A DNA stretch of 64,000 nucleotides from Camelus ferus (taxonomy: Eukaryota): the NCBI RefSeq assembly GCF_009834535.1, contig NC_045697.1, positions 39,744,001-39,808,000 of the forward strand, in the 5' to 3' direction. Position 1 is the first letter of the stretch, and each line of letters opens with the position of its first letter. Position numbers and translations under genes: made by a program. Below the pieces are notes generated by a model. It had not been told where the DNA came from and did no database searches. It saw only the letters and a list, made by a program, of their open reading frames with translations. This document shows positions 13,401 to 28,400 of the stretch, piece by piece.

Positions 13401-16400
13401 CAGACTTTCTGCATTTGATTAATAAAAACATCTCAGGTGCTACTCCCATGAGAGACACTCTCCAATTCACTGAGGAACGGAAGGTTCTTATCTCAGCAAA
13501 GTGTCCGTAGCCTGCAAAAATCAGTGTGGACTCAACTGTCCTAAAAAAGAAAAACAAAACAAACATTTGGTAAGTCTCCACCAGGTCATTTTCTTCCTCT
13601 CCTTTTCTGGAGACCTGTGTATCACACCAAAACTGTTCATTTCACTCCCACCCCCTAAGTTAGGTATAGGAGAAAGAACAACAGATGGACACTCATTTTT
13701 GAAGCACTATTAACAACTAGTAAGTGTAGGAGGAGAAAAAAATACAGTTGAATTATCTAACATTGTGAATATTTAAAAATCAAGATTAGTCTGGCGAGAA
13801 TCATTTCAAATAACCTTAAATAATGGTTCCGTTTCTAAATAATGGTTAATTTACAAATATGGCTAATTAGAAATTAATATCAAAGAAAGAAAAGTTTAAA
13901 TGTTAAGGATATTAAATGGCAACAAACTGATTCTTGGATCTCAATCCACCGAGAGCCAATGGTCACACCAATAAAATAAAAAGCACAAAAACCTACACAA
14001 AATGTAGCAAATTCACCTAAGACTTTGCTGGGGTTTGTATCCAGCCGCAGAATGGCCATCGCCAGGGGGATAGTCAACGTTATGTAGTACTTGGAATCCT
14101 GAAGCAGGGGAAACTCAGGTAGTATTAAGTAGATTCTCATTGCTTCAACATCTGGTGGTGAACTCGACAACTGAGGAATCAGGCAACTTTCAAAGCTATT
14201 CAGGATCTGTAGGAGAGAGAAGAGCACTGAGAAATTCAAACACACCTGAGATCTAGTCCAACTCACAAACTATTTGAGAGACTCTCAACTCTCATTCATT
14301 CAGTATGTACCCAGGACCCACTATGGTCCAGGCACCGGTCTGGGCACCCAGGAAACATCAGTGAAAAGAAGAGCCAAAGATCCCTGCCCATGCAGACCTT
14401 ACACTCCGGAGGGGCACTTCCTTAGAAAACTTGAGCCAAATAGAAAGCTAAAGGGAGATCAAATTCCCAAAGGGATTACAGAGTTAAGATTTACACAAGA
14501 CTTTTTTACCTTTTCAACTTAACTGTTTTTCTCTTGAAAGTTGTCTTATTTCAATGTAAAAATGCATTTTTAAGCATGCATTCTGTAAATGTAAAAAACC
14601 TACCTGCTCTAGAATCATGGAGTGCTGAGAGCTCATTAACTTCTCAAATAACACTCTAGTTGAGTTCAGGTCAATCCCAGGGATTTTGGGACTTGTTTTA
14701 AAATGCTCATCAATTCTAAACAAACAAACAAAAAAAAGTGTAACAGAAGAAAAGTAAACACTCTGATAAAAATTATAAACAGGTAAATGAAAAAGCTTGT
14801 ATGTAACTAATCAGACTTAAATTTGACCTCGCAGACAAGATGCACGGAAACATTATACTTTGGGGAAACCCGACGGAATAAATCTCTCTAGAATCCCTTT
14901 TTCAAGATGATCTTAAAATTGTCAAGTCTTTTTTCTCTCAAGTTAAAGGACAAGGATCATCATTTCAGTTTGAGGCTGTTTATATGCAGAGTATTATCTC
15001 CCGGATTTACTCTTGTGTTTTTGCCTCTTTCTGTAATTGTGGTACATTAAACCAGACATAGAGGCTGTGCCTAAATGCAAAAACAAACAAACAAACAAAC
15101 AAACAAAAAAAACCACCCCTAGTGCAAACTGGCCCACTCAGCAGCTAACAGCAAGCTTAAAGCAAGTATTTTTTTTTTAATCAGATCTACAACAAATGCA
15201 AAGTTAACGTCTTTCTTAGTTAACGGAAAGGATACAATTATAGTCACTCAAGGACTAATTTCACAGCTACTGTTTTTAACTTCCTAGCAACTAATTATTT
15301 TCTACCCTTAAATAAAGTCTTAGCATTTTAGAGACTTAAGAGAATGTCTCTTTTAAATTCCCACTCTTGAACATACCACATCTATTAATTACAAAAGAAC
15401 TATCTATTTGCAAAACAGGCCTCTGTTTATGCATAACAGACACATTCAGATAGTTTTAAAACCACCTGACAGCAATGCTATAATTTATAAAAACATAAGT
15501 AGAACTTCTAACATTTGAAAAAAAATCATAATTATATGTACTGGAACCTAACTGGTCAAATCAAGAGAAGCTGTTTGGGCTTTGTTTGTGGGGTCTTCTG
15601 TTGCTGTCAGTCTAAATATAAATCTGCCCAAAACACAGAAATTAATTCTGATGTCCCATATGTAACCTTCCACATGCTTACAAGTACCTTCTGCTATGCT
15701 CTTAAGAAGCCTTTTAAGAAAATACTTTATCTACATGTATTTATGCTTCATTAAACTGGTCTTCATTTTCACTGGTTTCCTATGATGCATAAAGCTGGGG
15801 GGACAGAACTCCTGAAATAGCACAGAAGTCCATTAAAAGAGAACAAAAGGCTTGACCCACACATCTACAGAATCCATGATACTAAGAACAGATAACCTTA
15901 CAAACCTGGCCAAGAGCCATTCCCAACTTTCATACAAGTTGTCCTTTTAGAGCAAGGTTTCTCAGCCTTAGTACTTTTGACTTTTGGGGTCAGACAATTC
16001 TTTGTAGGGATTGTGAGATACTTGGCCTTTGCCTTCTAGATGCCAGGAGTATACACTCCCCCACTGTACAACCAAAAATGTCACCAGTCATTGCTGAATG
16101 TCCCCTGAGAAGCAAAATCAGCCTGGTTGAGAATCACTGTTCTAACAGACCAACATTAGCATAATAAAGAATATTTTTCCCTGGAAGAAAAGGCTAAGAA
16201 TTGACTCCAAAATGAATTGGATGAGCTCATTTCAGTTGCCCTAATGATACAAATAAACGACTTTGCAATCTTTTACTATAACTGAATGGAGTTTCTGAAG
16301 CAACCTCTTGCAACCCAGCTAGGGACAGAATTTGTAAGGGAGAGGAGGGCAGGGAGGAGTAGGGTTCACACACAGAACAAAAGTCTTCCTGGGATTTCAT

Positions 16401-19400
16401 TAGCCTTATCTCTGGAAGGAAAAGAATGGAGAGATGCTCAGGACTTGGGATTACCAAAGATCAAAACCCATGACAGGACCGTCCCGCTGCAGTAAGTTCC
16501 TGAGGGGGTTATTTGCAGAAGGGATTAAGGCCAAGCAAAGAAACATTTACTATCGGAGAGTTCAGGCCAAACATAATTTCCTGGTGAGCTGGGCTGGACC
16601 TGAGTCCAAGGAATCCTGAAGTCCCCTTGGAAATTTCCCTAAATTTACTCTTTTTGAGGAAAGAAACAACTATGGGAAAGCAAACCAAAGAAACCAAAGA
16701 GATTATTTAAAGAACTAAGAATTTAAGAACAAATACTGTACACATGGTGGGAGTAACATCTTGGAACACCCTGAAAAATCTTACTTTTGATTACACCAAC
16801 CCTTTCTGAGATGCCGTCTCTCTCTTTGGTCCTCTGCCTCTCTGCCAACCAGGCGAGAGTCAGCACTGCCCTTCCTGATGTCCTCTCATTCATCGTCATT
16901 AGGTATGCTGATTTTTGCACAAATCATCAGCTTATCCACTGAATTAAGGCCAACCACCATCAAAGAGAACAGAAGTCTTTGGCGGCCTATGCTGAGTAAG
17001 CATTTGATCACACGTGGGTATTTTTTAAGACTCTAAGTCACTTACTTTTTTTCAAGAAAACTTCCATTCCAACAGGCTGCAGAAGACAATATCTGAACAA
17101 CACCACTGCTCAGAAAGAAAAAGGGAGGGAAGCCTTTAATAATTACAAATAAATGGTTATTTAAGTGTCAGCAACAGGTTAATCACCTATTCCAGGGTTT
17201 CATTAATAGCTGCTCTTTCTTACCCAGGTGAAGCTTTGGAAGATGTACATTTGCTTTAGAGAAACATTGTGTCACATCTCAAAATGGACAAGAACTTAAG
17301 TTTTACATAAGTCATGTTAAAATTTTTAAAAAGTATCAAAGCTACCAAAAGAAAATTCTTGGGCCTAATAATGACCTTGAACATTCCTCTCCTACCAACG
17401 ATCTAAGACACTATCCACACCTCACCTCCAAACATGAACACAAAATAAACCCAAAAAAGAGAGGCTGAGCTGTTATTTACCAAACACAGAAAGTATCTTT
17501 GCAAATTCATAACTGAACACTTTTATTTTGTTGCCCATCTGAGAAAAACTAAAAATAAGTGAAATAAGTGTTTATTCCTATTACTGAGATTACACAGCTT
17601 CTGGGAAAATAGCTGGTTTCTGAGGAACCAGAGTGAAACCACAGGTCAGGAACCCCGGACCCTCTTCTTTAGTGTAAGGAAAAGGGGAGGAATAAAAAAT
17701 ATATATGGTTGAGGAGAAGATCACAGTAACTGCTGTTGATCAAAGAATCTGAGTCAGGAAAGATCTTAGGAGATCATTTCTTGCATCCCTTTATTTTGTA
17801 AATAAGAAAACTGAGAATTAAAAGTGCCAAGGTCCCAGCAAAGGGAGTCTGCAGTCCCCCCACCGGGCCCACGGTGAGTCTAGCCCCTCATCCCCTTCCC
17901 TGCCACCTTCCAGCTTTAACTCCCTGGCAGAGCCTCTCAGGGGTTACGGGGATTCTGAGGACTGCCGTGGAGGTGCTCTAAGGCATTCCAAATGATCACC
18001 TGCTTCAAAAGTTGCTACCTGGTGTGCCCAAAGTTTAAGGCCCTGGGCTTTGCCCCACTACAATTTACATCATAAGGCAAGATGTTTTTTTACACTTTTC
18101 TGGGCATGACCACCATCTAGGAAACACAGCATGATTCATTCATTTCCAAGAATTAGACGCTGCAGAAAAATGGAAAAGCTGAGGAAAGCCAATAAAATGT
18201 GTAACAAAGTTAAAAAAAAAATTCTCTTTTAAGAATAAAATAAACTTGCTGAACGGTCTCAATCCTTTAATTGTACTTTTTTTTTTCTACTTGACACTGA
18301 ATTACTATCTCAGCTTATCATTTTGAATGTGAAAATGCTAGAAGTATTCAGATTAGGTAAAACAACAGCTGTCCTGGACTTGGGATGCTTTGGAATAGGC
18401 ATCGAAGAAACTCTCAGGGTTAAACAACAGTAACACTGAGCTTTCAAAGCAGAAAGGCCAGATCAGGCCTTCATCAGTCAGGATTTTTAAGATCCGAACA
18501 AGGGAGGTTGAGGAATACGCTCTATATAAAAATGGGAGAACAATCTATCATGTTCTTTAGGGCTAAGGGCACCAAACCCTGAACAATGTGTGCAAAAAAA
18601 AAAAAAAAAAAAAAAAGTTCCTAAAATGTAAAACTCCATTTAAATTCACAAACTTAATAGTAGGGAAAGTCCCTAAGCTAGAAAGTTCCAATACTTTCAA
18701 ATACAAATACAAGCAACACGTACTTGATGGTATTTGCATTGTTGTGTTCTGAGAGTTTTTGTCTCCAAACTGCTATGGTTTCATCATTTATTAAACTGGT
18801 GTAATGTGCTTGGTTCATCGTCCTGAAGTCAACAGCAGGAGAAGAATTCTGAAGGATCAAATATAAGAGTAAAAAAGAGAAATTATGTGATAGCATGGAT
18901 CTTTTCTCCTCTCCCTCTCCTCATGTGGTCCCCATTTTGTGTTTCACTTATGGACAGGGCCCTCCTTCAGAGGGAGGCACTCAGTGCCCCCAGGCTGGCA
19001 GTGTAGGCTCCTGACAGCTCCCAGCAGGGCTGCCCTCCGGGAACTGCCGGCGCTACCGCTTCACTCCTTTCCCATCTGGCAGCAGGTGGAGCTGTGGCAC
19101 TGGGCCCAGTCCCCTTGCCTCCACTCAGGACTGGCTGAAGGACCATCCCAGCTTCAGAGCCCCCGTGGGACCAGCCAAGGCCCCTGCCACACTGACCTGA
19201 AGTTCAGCTTCCCCTCCTGTCCAATCCTACCTCCTTCATCTCTCAGGAAGTGTTGTTCTAGAGCACACACACCCCCTGCCCCAATTCTCAGGCTCAGAGT
19301 CTGTTTCCCAGAGAAACCAAACCAATATGACTTTTTCAGATTTCTTTCCCCTCTGCTTGAATCACCGTAACATCAAGGGTTTTAGATGACTAACCAATTG

Positions 19401-22400
19401 CCATAGCTGTTCGCCAAACCTCAGCAAAATATATTATAAAAAGTAGGAGTTCAGTTATCATCTACATTGCAAATAATCGATGAAAATTTAATGCCTCTTA
19501 ATTTCTTGCTCAAGGTATAGAGCTGCAAATTTGTAAGAAAGGTAACAAAAAGGACACGTCAATAATGGCCTTGAAAATCCTCACTGCTGCTCACCCTGTA
19601 CTGTACATCCTTCATTTAGTGAGGTTGTTAAAAATAAAACACTTTTATTTCCTAAAATTGCTTTTTCAACTTATTTCCCCAAATCCTGTTCTTGACCTAG
19701 AACTAAGAAGAAGCTGAAAGTGCCTTATGCCTCCTGTACTTGTCACTAGAAATGAGGAAAAAAGTGATATTAAAGCATTAGCCAGATGATAATTTTTTTC
19801 TCCTTTGTATCTGTGCACAAAAATACAACTTTCAAAGTAAATTTTCTTGGTTATTTTCTCAGAGTTATGAGTTAGGATATCATTATAAGGGAAAAGGAGG
19901 AGGACAAGTAACAAATCAGAGATGCCAAAGTTTATTAACATCTGGTTCTTGATAATTATTTTACTAAAATGGCCACAGATAACTACTGAGAGGACAAAAG
20001 TCATCTTGAATCACATAGAGAAAAACCATAAGACAAACTGGACACTTGAGAACATACAAACAAGATCACCTCTCCACCGTGGTCTTAAAACCACTGTTGT
20101 TATGTAAATTTTAATTACTTTCCTCATTCAAAGGTGTAGTGGAACACAGACACTAACACATACTTATGATAAAATATAAACATGGGACTTTTTTCTCATT
20201 CTTCATTGCAAGTCCAATAAACCACAGATGACTTAGATGAAGTACAATCTCAGAATCACATAAAGACCCAAGAAAAAGCATCAAATTTTCCACGCCTTCG
20301 AATTACATATATCCCAAAAGAAAAAACTGGTCTAGGCCAGTGTCTCTCAACCCTAGCCGCACTCTGGATTTCAGAGCTTTCAAAACCCCAACGGCCAAGT
20401 CACACTCTATAGCAGCTGCAGTGTTTTTTTGGTTTTAAAAAAACCCTAGGTCAACCTAACCCTACACCAAAAGGAACTAGAACAAAGTCCAAATTCAGTA
20501 GAAAGAAAAAAAATCAAAGATCAGAGCAGAAATAAATGAAACAGAGACTAAAAAAACATTAGGAAAAGATCACTGAAACTAAGAGCTGGTTCTTTGAAAA
20601 GATAAACTAAACCGATAAACTTTAAGCCAGACTAATCAAAAAGAAACAGAGGCCAAAACAATAAAATCAGAAATAGAGGGATGGGTATAGCTCAGACACC
20701 AAAACCAGAGCTACCATACACATACACACACACACACAAATTAAAGGCCAATATCACTGATGAACACAGATGCAAAAACCTTTGACAAAATATTAGCAAG
20801 CCAAATTCAACAATACATTAAAAGGATCATACATCATGATCAAGTAAGACTTATCCCAGGATGCAAGGGTTTTTCAGTATCTGCAAATCAATCAGTGTGA
20901 TGCATCACATTATCAAATTGAAGAATAAAAACCATATGATCATCTCAATAGATGCAGAAAAAACTTTTGACCAAATTCAACATCCATCTATGATAAAAAC
21001 TCTCCATAAAGTGGGTATAGAGGGAACATACCTCAATATAATAAAGGCCATATATGACAAGCCCATAGCTAATATTATACTCAACAGTGAAAAGATGAAA
21101 GCATTTCCTCTAAGATCAGGAGCAAGACAAGGATGCCCACTCTCACCACTTTTATTTAACATAGTATTAGAAGTCCTAGCCACAGCAATCAAACAAGAAA
21201 AAGAAATAAAAGGAATCCAAATTGGAAATGAAAAGTAAAATGTCATTGTTTGCAGATGACATGATACTATACATAGAAAATCCTAAAGATGCCACTAAAA
21301 ACTACCTGAACTCATCAGTGAACTCCGTAAAGCTGCAGGATACAAAATTAACAGAAATCTGTTGCATTTCTACATACTAACAACAAACTATTAGAAAGAG
21401 AAATTAAGAAAATAATCCCATTTACCATATCAAAAAGAATAAAATACCTAGGAATAAATCTAACTAAGGAGGTAAAAGATCTATACTAGGAAAACAATAA
21501 GACATTGATTAAAGAAATTAAAGGTGACACAAATGGGAAGATATACAGTGTCATGGATTGGAAGAATTAATATTGTTAAAATGACCATACTACCCAAGGC
21601 AATCTACAGATTTAATGCAAATGCAATCAAAATACTAAAGGCACATTTCACAGAATTTGAACAAATAATTCTAAAATTTGTATGCAAACACAAAAGACCC
21701 CAAATAGTCGAAATAATCTTGAGAAAGAAGAACAAAGCCAGAGGTATCATGTGCTTTGATTTCAAACTATACTACAAAGCTACAGTCTTCCAAACAGTAT
21801 GAAGCTGTCATTAAAAAAAAAATAAAGACAGGATTAATAGTGTAGAATAGAGAGCCCAGAAATGAACCCATATTTATATGGGCAATTAATCTATGATAAG
21901 GAGGCAAGAATATACAATGGGGAAAAGACAGCCTCTTCAATAAATGATGTTGGGAAAACTAGACAGCTACATGTGAAAGAATCAAACTGGACTACTCTCT
22001 CACACCATGCACAAAAATAAATTCAAAATGGATTAAAGACTTAAATATGAGACTTGAAACCATAAAACTTCTGGAAGAAAACATAGGCAGTACTATCTTT
22101 GATGCTGGTCTTGGTAATATTTTTTGGTATGTCTCCTCAGGCAGAGAAACAAAAGAACAAATAGACAAATGGAACTACATCAAACTAAAAAGCTTCTGTA
22201 CAGCAAAGGAGCCACCTATTGAATGGGAGAAGATATTTGCAAATGATATATCTAATAAGGTGTTAATATCCAAAATATACAAAGAACTCATAAAACTCAA
22301 CAGAAAGAAAAAATATCTGACTTAAAATTGGGCAGAGGAACTGAAAAGACATCTTTCCAAAGACATACAGATGGCCAACAGGCAGATGAAAAGATGCTCA

Positions 22401-25400
22401 GCGTCACTAATCATCAGAGAAATGCAAATAAAAATCACAATGAGATATGACCTCATACCTGTCAGAATATCTATTATCAGAAAGACAGTAACAAGTGTTG
22501 CCGAGAATGTGGAAGATGCAGAACACTTGTGCACTGTTGGTGGGAATGTAAATTGGTGCAGCCACTATGAAAAACAGTATAGAGACACTCAAAACACTAA
22601 AAATAGAACCACTATATGATCCAGGAATTAACCTGAAGAAAACAAAAACACTATTTTGAAGATATACATGCACTCCTATGTTCATAGTAGCATTATGTAC
22701 AATAGCCAAGATATGGAAGCAACCTAAATGTCCACCAACGGATGGATAAAGAAGATGTGGTATATATGTATATATAATGGAATATTACTCAGCCATAATA
22801 AAGAATGAAATCTTGCCATTTGCAACAATATGGATGAGCCTAAAAGGTATTATGCTAAGTAAAATAAGTCAGACTGAGAAAGACAAATACTGTAAGACCT
22901 CATTTATATGTGGAATCTAAAAAGCAAAACAAATAACAAATATTAAAAAACAAAGAGAGTCATAGATACAGACAATAAACAGAGGATTGCTGGTGGTTGG
23001 TGGGGATGGAGAGAAACAGATGAGGGAGATTAAGAGGTACAAATTTCCAATTACAAAATAAACAAGTCATAAGTGTGGGGAATACAGTCAATAATTACAT
23101 AATATCTTTGTATGGTGACAAATAGTAACTGGACCTATTGTAGTGCTCATTTTGAAATTATAGAAATATTGAATCATTATGTTGTGTACCAGGAACTAAT
23201 ATAATGTTGGAGGTTAACTATACTTCAAAAACAAACTCACTCATAGAAAAAGAGATCATATTTGTGGTTACCAGAGGCAGTGGATAAGGGGAAGGGGGAA
23301 TTGGAGGAAGGTAGTCAAAGCTACAGATTTTGAGTTTTAAATAAGTACTAAAGACATAACGTACAACCTGATAAATACAACACTGCTGTATGTGTTATGA
23401 AAGTTGTTAAAAGAGTATATCCTAAGAACTCTCATCACAAGGAAAAAACACTTATTCTATTTCTTTAATTTGGTATCCATATGAGATAATGAATGTCCAC
23501 TAAACTTATGGTGGTGACCATTTCATGATGTATTTAAGTCAAAGCATTACACTATATAGTGCTGTATGTCAATTACATTTCAATAAAACTGGAAGGAAAT
23601 AAAATAAAGCCCATAGGTGATTTCAATGGGCCACCAAGGTTGAGGATAACTGTTCCAGGAAAAGAGGATAATGTCACTTTAGCAGGTTTTGAGTCAGGCA
23701 AGTTGGCAGGCAGGCAGACACACCACACACACATACACACAATCTCAACCACACTCCTTCAATCCTAACCAGGGAACAAGAGGAAAGGAAGAGGAGAGGC
23801 TATGGTTTGCACTCAATAAATTGTAAAGACCTAGAATCAAACGCAGCGAAGGAGTATCCAAATAGCGTGCCTCCCCTCTTCTTCCACCTCCGGCCTGGCA
23901 TGAATGAATGAATCTGAGTTTTACAAAAATCGAGCCTGTCACACACAGATGCTTTTTCTTGGGTCTTTAAGAGATTCTTCAAGTGTCATGGTAACAGATT
24001 AAACAAATATCTTGATCCAGCTCTGTATCTAAACACAAATGCTTAATAGCTTAAGTATAGAGGTTTCAGCTTTTAAAACATAGAGCAATACTTTCCTAAG
24101 TCATATTCTTTCTTCTTTGTATCTTACATTTTAATGCAAGTCACTCTTACCAGTTGTTTAAACTTGAACCTGCCCTGTTTCTTCAACAACATGTCACTTA
24201 ACTTCCTTTTCATCAGTTTTGTTCACCAGTCCCGACAGTGTTAATTACAATAAATTTAAAATCCAACTACATGTATCAGATACCATATTTACAAAAGGAA
24301 TGAAACTAAATTTTATGTTGAATTTCACAGGAAATTTATAGTTGGTTCATCAAGCCAGTTTCTTAGGGAAATGAATACTTCAAACTCTACTACTTGTGGA
24401 CACAAAGTTATTACTCTGCAGAGATTCGGTGCTTTTTATATTTTGCTTTACTGGCATCTTGAAGAAACAAAGAATAGTCTCAGCTTTTCCCAAGGTTTCT
24501 CTGTGAAGCACTGAGGCTGGGCCTAAAATAGGTGTAAAGCAACAGTTCCAAGTCACCCCAGATGGTTGCACTAAACAGAACCTTCTCCTGGTTCCTGACC
24601 TGGAAGATATCTCACTGTCAGTTTCAGCTGTCCAACCTGCAGCCTCGGGCTCCACCACAACCTTTTCTACCAAAATCATAGAATGATACTGACTAGAAGG
24701 CAAGAACACTGTAATATTTAAAGAAGACAAAGTATCAGAGTAATGGGAGAGTTTCCAGCACTGAAAGGGCCCCTTGTGTCCACAGACCCTCATTTTCTTC
24801 CCAACCTATTCTGATTCTTCTGTCATCACCAATGCCCCTTGCCTGCTCCTCCAGGGGAGGATGAGGATGAATGCACTACATATGGCTGGTCCTCCCTAAG
24901 TGCTTGTTGAATAAAAGTTGGGGAGAGGGGGATGAGAGGAAACACAAGAGCAGGGGACTGGGTGGCAGACGGGGAGGCAGAAGACAAATCTGTGGTGCTA
25001 ATTTCAGACTGATTCCTCTTGTCCAGGAAGGGAGGAATAAATTAAAGCTCTGTCACAGATACCTGGCCCACATTCTCTTCCACCTTCAACCCTGAAAGAC
25101 ACCGGAACATCATTCCTGATTTACCCATCACAGTGGTGCAGGAGACAATCTGAGGGAAATTTCAGCATGCTGCTATGAGCAGATGATAAATAATAAAGGA
25201 TATCTGAATAGCACGGCATCTCATATTTAGGATATACTCAGTTACATCAAACGAGCCCAGCAAGTTCTTAAATACCTAGCATTTATTGCTACTTAACGGG
25301 AAAGGAAAGAATGGCAAGTCAAATAATCCCAAACTAAGTAAGTAATGCCTCCTTAAGTCTCTTTTGGGACAAATACAGATATAAATAAGTCATTTAAAAT

Positions 25401-28400
25401 TATAAATTAGAACCCTGTGATTAAAATACCAAGAAAATTATTGGCACTTCAAGGGAATAAAATGGAGAGAAACTCAAGGTTTAATTGGCTTATTTTAATA
25501 AGATAAAATTGGTGGAAACAAAGCGTAACATTGCTCTCATGTAATTAAATAAATTAAAGTAAATATTGGTTCACCATTATTCCACCCCCAAAATAATAGT
25601 CAAAAGAAAATTTTACCTCATATTTGGAGCAAAGTACAAAAGTTTGGTCTCCTCCAGAGAAAATCTGCTTAACAATGTGATATTTAAAGCGATCTGTCAA
25701 AAAAATTTTCAAGAGCATATTTTTCAACAATTAAAGTTTTTCCTTGATCCCCTTTCTTAATATTCCAAAATATACTTCAGAGTGGTTTCCTATCCATTTA
25801 ATTATTTCAGAGAAGTCAGAAACCTTCTTTCCTGGCTCTCCTCCCAGGACTGTTTCTACTTCAATTAAAACTAAATATATAACATGGTACCTTCCACTCC
25901 AACCCTCTCTCCCTCCCTCCCCCCGACTGCCAGCTAGTCCTGACCTTGTTCCTATTTTTCATTCTAACTCTACCATGCCATTCCACTGACCTGGAATTTA
26001 AAACAGTCACTACTATAAACCAGAACATACGCTAAGAAATCATCCAGCATCTGAGTGTGGTGGTCCTTAGCCCCTTCTGAAGCCTGCCACAGAAGGACCT
26101 CCATGTCACACTCCCTGTCCGTCTCCATCACACCATGTCTGTGGTGACACTCTCACACCGCTTTCATTTCTAATACACCACACCATCCCTACGTCCAAGC
26201 CTTTTCCATCCACCAACCCCAGTGCACACTGTATTCTCTGAGAATGGCGCCTCCTAGAGCATAACTGGGAAGGTGCTCCTGGAACTGAGCAATTCTATGG
26301 TACTCACCACTGCCCACTCCCTCATAGTCCTCTACCTGGCTAACTCCAAATCATCCTTTAAGACACAGCTCAAACTTCGTCTAAACGGAATACTCCTTGA
26401 TGCCTTCCTCTGTGCTCCCACATTACCAAGAAGGTTCCTAAAACCACAGTATTTACATAATAAATTGAAATTTACCTACTTAAGGTATAAAATCACATTG
26501 ACAAACATCAAAGCACAAATCTATGATCACATCAGTTATGCTGTAATTAAACTTCAAAAATTTGTAGTTTCAAATTAAGCTATAAAATACTTGAGCTTTT
26601 TAAATTGGTGTACTTCTTAATTATACACATTCCTAACATGAGTACAATGCCTTGGAGAAAAAGAAATTTACAAATAGACAAGAGAACACCAAGCCATTCT
26701 TTCATTTTGTGGAACATCAGCAAAACAAAATCTTGTTTATTTTATATTTCAAGTTCCACTACATTTTAGATGCTTATTTGTTCATTATAAATATTTATTG
26801 AGTGAGAAGTTTGTGTCTGGTCCTGTGCTATATGCCAGGTTTATAAAGAGAAAAAGACTCAATCCCTTTACTTAAGTTTATAATCCAGAGATATGGATGA
26901 TTGTTATTGTTAAAACAAAATTCTGATCAAGCTGTAAGTGTGTCACTCTATGGTCTTCAAAATCAAAATTAATTATTAAATCACACTTCTTTTTAATGCC
27001 TCTACCGCTCCATTTTAGCCTCTGGATTTATTATGTCAAGTTACTCTTACTGAATGACTGCCTTATTTTGATTTCCAATGAAATGAACACTGTGCTATTT
27101 AACTGTTTTTTTTTTTAAGAGAAAAAAAAGCAGCATGAAAAGAAATCATGTCATGTTGTGACCAAAACAGCAATGTGCAAGCATTAAGAGCACAGGCTTG
27201 AGACTCACGGATACAGAGAACAAACCAGTGGTTACCGTGAGATACAAACTCCTGGGGTAAGGTAGGCTACAAAGATGTATTTACAACAATGGAGAATATA
27301 ACTAATACTTTGTAATAACTGTAAATGGAGTGTGACCTTTAAAAATTATATTAAATAGTTTTAATTTTTTAAAAAAAAGAGCATAAGTTTTAAAATGAGG
27401 CAGACCTGGGTTTAAATCCTGGCCCCAGAATCTATATCATCTTGGGCAAGTTAACCTCCTTAAGACTCAATTTCCTCATCTCCAAAATAGAGATAATAAC
27501 CATTAGTTCTTAAGGTTGTTCTCAGTGCTTAGCATAATATTGGAACTTAGTTAAGCATTGAATAAACATTGACTCTCATTATCAGCAATAATAATAATAA
27601 ATAAAATGCATACACCACTATCGAGGTCGTTAGGGCCAAAATTACATTTTTTGCTTTGTTCTCTAGGATCTCAACTATAGAGTCTCATGCAGAGTAAGTA
27701 CTCCCATACTTTTTTATTGATGTTAAAAGAAAATATCTCACTCATTCCCTCCAAAAGACCTCAAGGTAAAAAATACATGTTCTATAAACAATTGTTTGTA
27801 GCACTTAAAATACCATTAAATTCCAATGAAAATCACTCTTACCAGCCCTGGCTGAAAGCTGGCCACTATGGGCAGCCCAGTAACCTTTCACGGGAGATGG
27901 GCACTTGACATTACAAGTGTGTCCAGTTCCTAATTGACCTCTCGCTCCACAACCAAATGCATAGATGAGTCCAGAAGAAGGCACGAAGGCTAGGGTATGT
28001 TGTCTGGGGAAAAATTATGTAAGTTAGTTAACTCATCAGCATCATTTCTACTGACATGAACGAATATACACCCTGGCTATTTCTGCAGTAGAACCCCATC
28101 TTTCTCTGACACCCTAGTTCACCGGTAGGATGGCGAGACTGGGAAAGAGCTGAAGGGCCTGCTGCATTTGGGGTGTGTGGGAAGAAGCAGGGTGGACCAG
28201 TAAAATTTCCAAGAAGTGCTTTGAGGCGCTGTCACTTTCCTTTGCATGTCTCCCCAACATCATGCTACTCTTTATCCCCAAACAGGCGTACCAGCCCCAT
28301 GTTACTCTGCTTCTCTAAAACCCTTCCTTGCCACACCCTGCTCAGATCTGACTCTCCAAACCGTCGCCGAAGGTGCGCATGCAATTGGGATGTCTTAAAA

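Noticed and set aside
17106..17111. GAGCAG tandem acceptor
   Set aside because: GAG acceptors are rarely used, and the CAG gives the expected protein.
20861..22619. Reverse transcriptase ORFs as an active or novel RT system
   Set aside because: These are frameshifted, stop-riddled fragments of ordinary L1 ORF2.
24380..24793. 137-aa minus-strand ORF (and similar ORFs at 18939 and 41708)
   Set aside because: No recognisable domain or splice context; the 18939 and 41708 ORFs overlap LTR and L1 remnants.
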